A DNA stretch of 64,000 bases, from the NCBI RefSeq assembly GCF_009914755.1, contig NC_060943.1; one strand, 5' to 3'. The stretch comes from the human T2T-CHM13v2.0 reference genome, Homo sapiens. This document shows, in pieces, positions 42,886 to 64,000 of this stretch. Under the pieces are notes generated by a model, which searched no databases, had not been told where the DNA came from, and worked only from the letters and a program-made list of their open reading frames with translations. A program made the translations under genes and the position numbers. Every line of letters starts with the position of its first letter. Position 1 is the stretch's first letter.

Positions 42886-43754
42886 CTGTTGGCACTGGGG
42901 GTCCCTCTGCCCTAGCCTGCTGGGACATGGCTTCCTCCTCCTATCTGCCTGGGGAGGTTAGGCCCACAAATGCCTGTCCCCTTGTCCTGGGCCCCAACAA
43001 TCAGAAGAGATGGGGTGCAGAATTCCAACAGCCACCCCATCATGGGAAGCGGGAGAGGGGCTGGCTGGCAGGAGTGCCCCTGGAGGGATGGGAAGGCGAG
43101 TCTGTCCTTCACTTGCTGCCCTAGCCGTCTCCCTCCCTGCTCCATGAAACCTTTCCTCATTCTGCTCAACCCCACCAAGCCCTCAGGGGCTCCACCACAA
43201 ACACTGCTTCAATGGGTGACCAGGAGGGACCACCACGAATGCGGGGAACAAGCACCCTCTCCTGTTAGCTGAGCGAGCCCCCAGGTGACCTCCAAGCCAA
43301 CTGCCACCCCAGTGAGGACGCTGTCCTCATGGCCCGGTCCACACGCTCCGGTTTCCCAGCGCCGCTCACCGGTGCCACTCGCTGCACACGCAGCCTACAC
43401 TTCTACCTTCTACCTGAAAGACTCAGACCTACTGGGCGCCAGTACCCAGCCTCAATGCTGGGCTTGGTTACTGGGGGTAAGCAGGGGCAGGAGCAGGGAT
43501 TTGAGCCTGTCGGTGGCTTCTATCCTCTGCCCAAGGCCCTGCCCACAGGTGGGGTAGACCTGGCAGGAGCCCTCACAGCCAGTGCCTGGCCCAGCCTGGG
43601 GCCTCTGCAGCCACAGGGCTCCCTCTGGCAGGACAGTGTGGGGGCAGACTGGGTCAGGAGCACCCCCAGCCTCTGGGGTGCAGGGATAATACAGGCTCCC
43701 CACCCCGCATCCCAGAACGTAAGGTCTGACCAGCAGAATCGTAAACTGCCTTCC

Positions 43755-43760
43755 TTTATT
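43755..43760 (-). terminator. PPP6R1 polyadenylation signal AATAAA
   Basis: TTTATT on the plus strand, about 730 nt downstream of the stop codon. Confidence 0.8.
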
Positions 43761-44487
43761 TATATTTGCAATATGAAATAGAAGCTCGGCACAAACGCAC
43801 GCACACTCACACCAGCCTGGGAGGAGGGAGCTGGGGACAAGGTCACTTGGCAACAGGGCTGGGACCTCAGACCCTCAAGGCCCCTGGGGCTGTTGCCGGG
43901 GAGGCCCCTGCTCCCCAGAGCCGGACTGGCCTGGTTGAAAGTGCAGGGTCTGGGCAAAGGCACGGCCCCCACTCGGGACCCTCTGGCACCCCCACCCACG
44001 CTGGGCCGTCCCCCATGGTGGACCTGAGCTAAAAGGCCGGGTGTGGGCGTGGCCGTCTGTGCTGCAGCGTGGGACAGCTGGGCACGTGGGTGGCAACCTT
44101 GGGACCCCTAACACCAGCTCCCGCTGGGACGGAACAGGGAAGGCTGTGCTTTGGAGCCGCCAGCCCAGTTCGGTGTCCTCACTCTCTCTCGCTCTCCTCC
44201 CTCTCTCTATATAATATATAATATATGTTTCTCTCTCTCCATTCTCTCTATTTGACTCTCTGTATCTTTATTCTAGGAGGCAACGCTCCAAAACTTCTCT
44301 TCTCAGTGCAAATGGGGGTGGGTTGGGCCTGTCTCCCTGGCACCAGCCTCCTGGGGGTCCAGAGGAGAGAATGTGGGGGTGTCAGGGTGATGAGGGCAAT
44401 GGGGGCCATCGTGGGACCCGCCCTGCCCCCACCCCGGGAGATCCACGGGAGGACGGAAGATTTGGCCGCCGCTGCCGCACCAGGCAG

Positions 44488-61048
<16,561 letters not shown>

Positions 61049-63195
61049 GGCGCCCTGCAGGCATAGACACAACCAGCGCCGCGTCAGACGCCCCAGGGAG
61101 TCCCCACTGGACGAGGCACTGACCACAGGGGCTGAGTGCCCACCTTGGGCACAGCCTCTCCCCAAGTCCCAGCCCTCTGCCTCATGCTGAGCCCGGCCCC
61201 GCCCTGGGACTGCCCGCAGGCTCACTGCCTCCATCACTCAGGCTTAAGGCTCCCAGTGAGCACCAGGCTCCTGCAGTTGCCCTCGAGCCTGCCCCTCTTC
61301 CCCCATCTCCAGCCTCCCGGCCGCCTCGCCTGAGGTCCAGGGGGTCATTTCACACCTGAGGCCTCAGGCCTGGTGAAGTCCCCAGGTGTGGACCATGTGC
61401 AGGGCCTGCGAGAAGAGGCTGGACCCTGTGCACTGAGGGGCCTCGGGCCCTGTCTCCCCATGAGGGTCTGGGTCCACTATCCCTACTTTTGGGAGAGACA
61501 CTGCAGAGGCAGGGCCTTAACCTCTGGCTTCAAATTTGCTTCAACCTGTATTTGCTCAACAAACTCAGATGCCCGATGACTTCCAGCACACGGCTGCTGC
61601 TTGGCCCAGCAAATCCCCCAAGGCTACGTGGGAGGCATGGGGCGGCGGCAGGGGGAAGAGAGGAAGTCTGTGCATCTCCAGGCTGTGGCCGTTGCCTGGA
61701 CACCACTCACACACAAACACACCCCAACCATCCTCTCACCCAGCACCTGGGCTGGAACAAGGAAGAGGAAAAGTTGGAAGGGAGGGGCTCCCAGAATAGT
61801 CACTGACCAGGACCTGAAGGAACCCAGGGTGGGATAGACAGATTCTGTGGGGGAAGAACAAAGCTGGCAACACCCGGCCCTGACCCTGTCCCCATCTGGA
61901 GCTGGCTCCCGCCCTCTGGAGGACAGTGCCTGGTTCCTCAGCCTGGTTCCAGCCCCTAAACGCTCGTGCATGGGAACTCACTGGCAATAAGGAAACACAC
62001 ACAGAGTATTAACAAGATGCCAGGCAACTCCATTCTGAGCCCCTGCCCTGTACTACATCACTGCTCCGCAGAGCCCTAGAAAGCCTCCACACAGACCTTC
62101 CACTACAGACCTGACCTGTGACCTGTGCTCTGGGCACTTGATGACAATGGTCCTGGCTCTGCATGTGTGCTGTGCACATGATGTCCAAGCTCACCAGCAG
62201 CCCCCAAGAAAGCTGTCATCACTCCGCCACACAGGACAAGGGGCAACCAAAGCCCGGTAAGTCAGGCGGCATCCTGGAATCTCGAAGGCCATCTGGTCCC
62301 AGCAGACAGCCTTCACGGAGCTCTCACCAGTTAAGACACTGACCAGAGCTCACGCTCATTACCTGCCTCCTGACAACCGCATCACCAGCTAAGGCAGAGG
62401 CCACTGCTACCCCCAAGTCACTACAGAGGATGCTGAGAACAGAGCAGAGCCGGCACAAGAGGCCAAGGGTGCCTCTCCCGCAGGCCCTCACCACCATCAC
62501 TCCCAGGCACAGATGCTAGTCCCTCTCCTCCAACGCCCTTCTGCAGCTTCTTCCAGTTCAGTCATTCCCTCTGCACAGGCCTCCACCATCTCCTCGAGCC
62601 CTGCTGACCTGTCACCTCAGTGCCCACCAGCCCCCAGGCCTGACTCAGCCCCAGGCCCCAGGGAAGAGACAGGGAGACGTGGAGCACCAGGCCCAGGGAA
62701 GAGACTTCATCGGAGCTTAGGAGAGCAGCCTGGGCTGACAAAACGCAGGACAGAGTCCCACACATGGCCTCAGGCAGGTCGAACGCCTCTTGGGCCTCCT
62801 TTCCTCTCCTTCCTGGCTAGCTTGAAGCCAGGCCAGCCTGGGGCCAGGATCTCCTTGCTCATCCACCCTGACCACCCTAAGGCTGGGCTCAGCACAGAAG
62901 GTTGCAGTCCAGACCTTGCTCCCAGTCTGCCCGTCTGCCTCGGTAACTCTAGATTGGCAACAATCTTGATATAACACTATATGGGTCCCTACACCTGGCC
63001 AATGACAGTTGAGGGTGGAGCAGAGGGAAGAGTTCCATGACCAACGACAGTCATGGCGGCAGCAGGAGGACTAGGGGAGATAGCAGCAGCCTCCAGGCAT
63101 TTGAACCCCTGCTCCTCTGGGGGGCCTGCCAGGTCCCAGTCCACAGCACCCAGTGACTCACCACTTACCCCTCACCAGTCCACTTTTCCCAATAA

Positions 63196-63800
<605 letters not shown>

Positions 63801-64000
63801 CCTTTTAAAGCACAAACATGAGTACCCGCACCTGCTCGGTGATGTGCACTCCACCAAGCCTGCATCCAGGCTCTCGTGCCCCTGCCCAGCCAGCTCACTG
63901 ACTGACCTCCATGCCCACGGTGACCCCAGTGCCCTGGGGAGGCCGTGCCCCATGCCACCTCGCCAGTGCTCCTGGGGCTGCCACTTCAGGTGTCTCCTGC

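Overview
Human (primate) genomic DNA that I recognise from the encoded proteins as the chr19q13.4 PTPRH-TMEM86B-PPP6R1 region. All three genes are on the minus strand, head to tail. Exons were placed by hand from GT-AG boundaries and reading phase. PTPRH exons 1-17 encode a signal peptide, 8 FN3 domains, a TM segment and the start of the PTP domain; the 3' end runs off the left edge. TMEM86B is complete (3 exons, 226 aa). PPP6R1 has 23 coding exons summing to 2646 nt (881 aa + stop); its 5' non-coding exon was not identified. Three PPP6R1 introns carry mirtron-type miRNAs. The window is Alu-dense and also holds L1, MLT1/MST LTRs, an ERVL internal relic, Tigger/MER elements and two oppositely oriented MSR1-type minisatellite arrays. 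The most notable unexplained structure lies between TMEM86B and PTPRH (about 36.66-38.44 kb, minus strand): a decayed PTPRH-like gene with a 34-nt mini-exon homologous to PTPRH exon 2 and three frameshifted FN3 pseudo-exons. PTPRH itself contains a recent intragenic tandem duplication of an FN3 exon pair. Repeat family names and miRNA identities are from memory, not from database searches.
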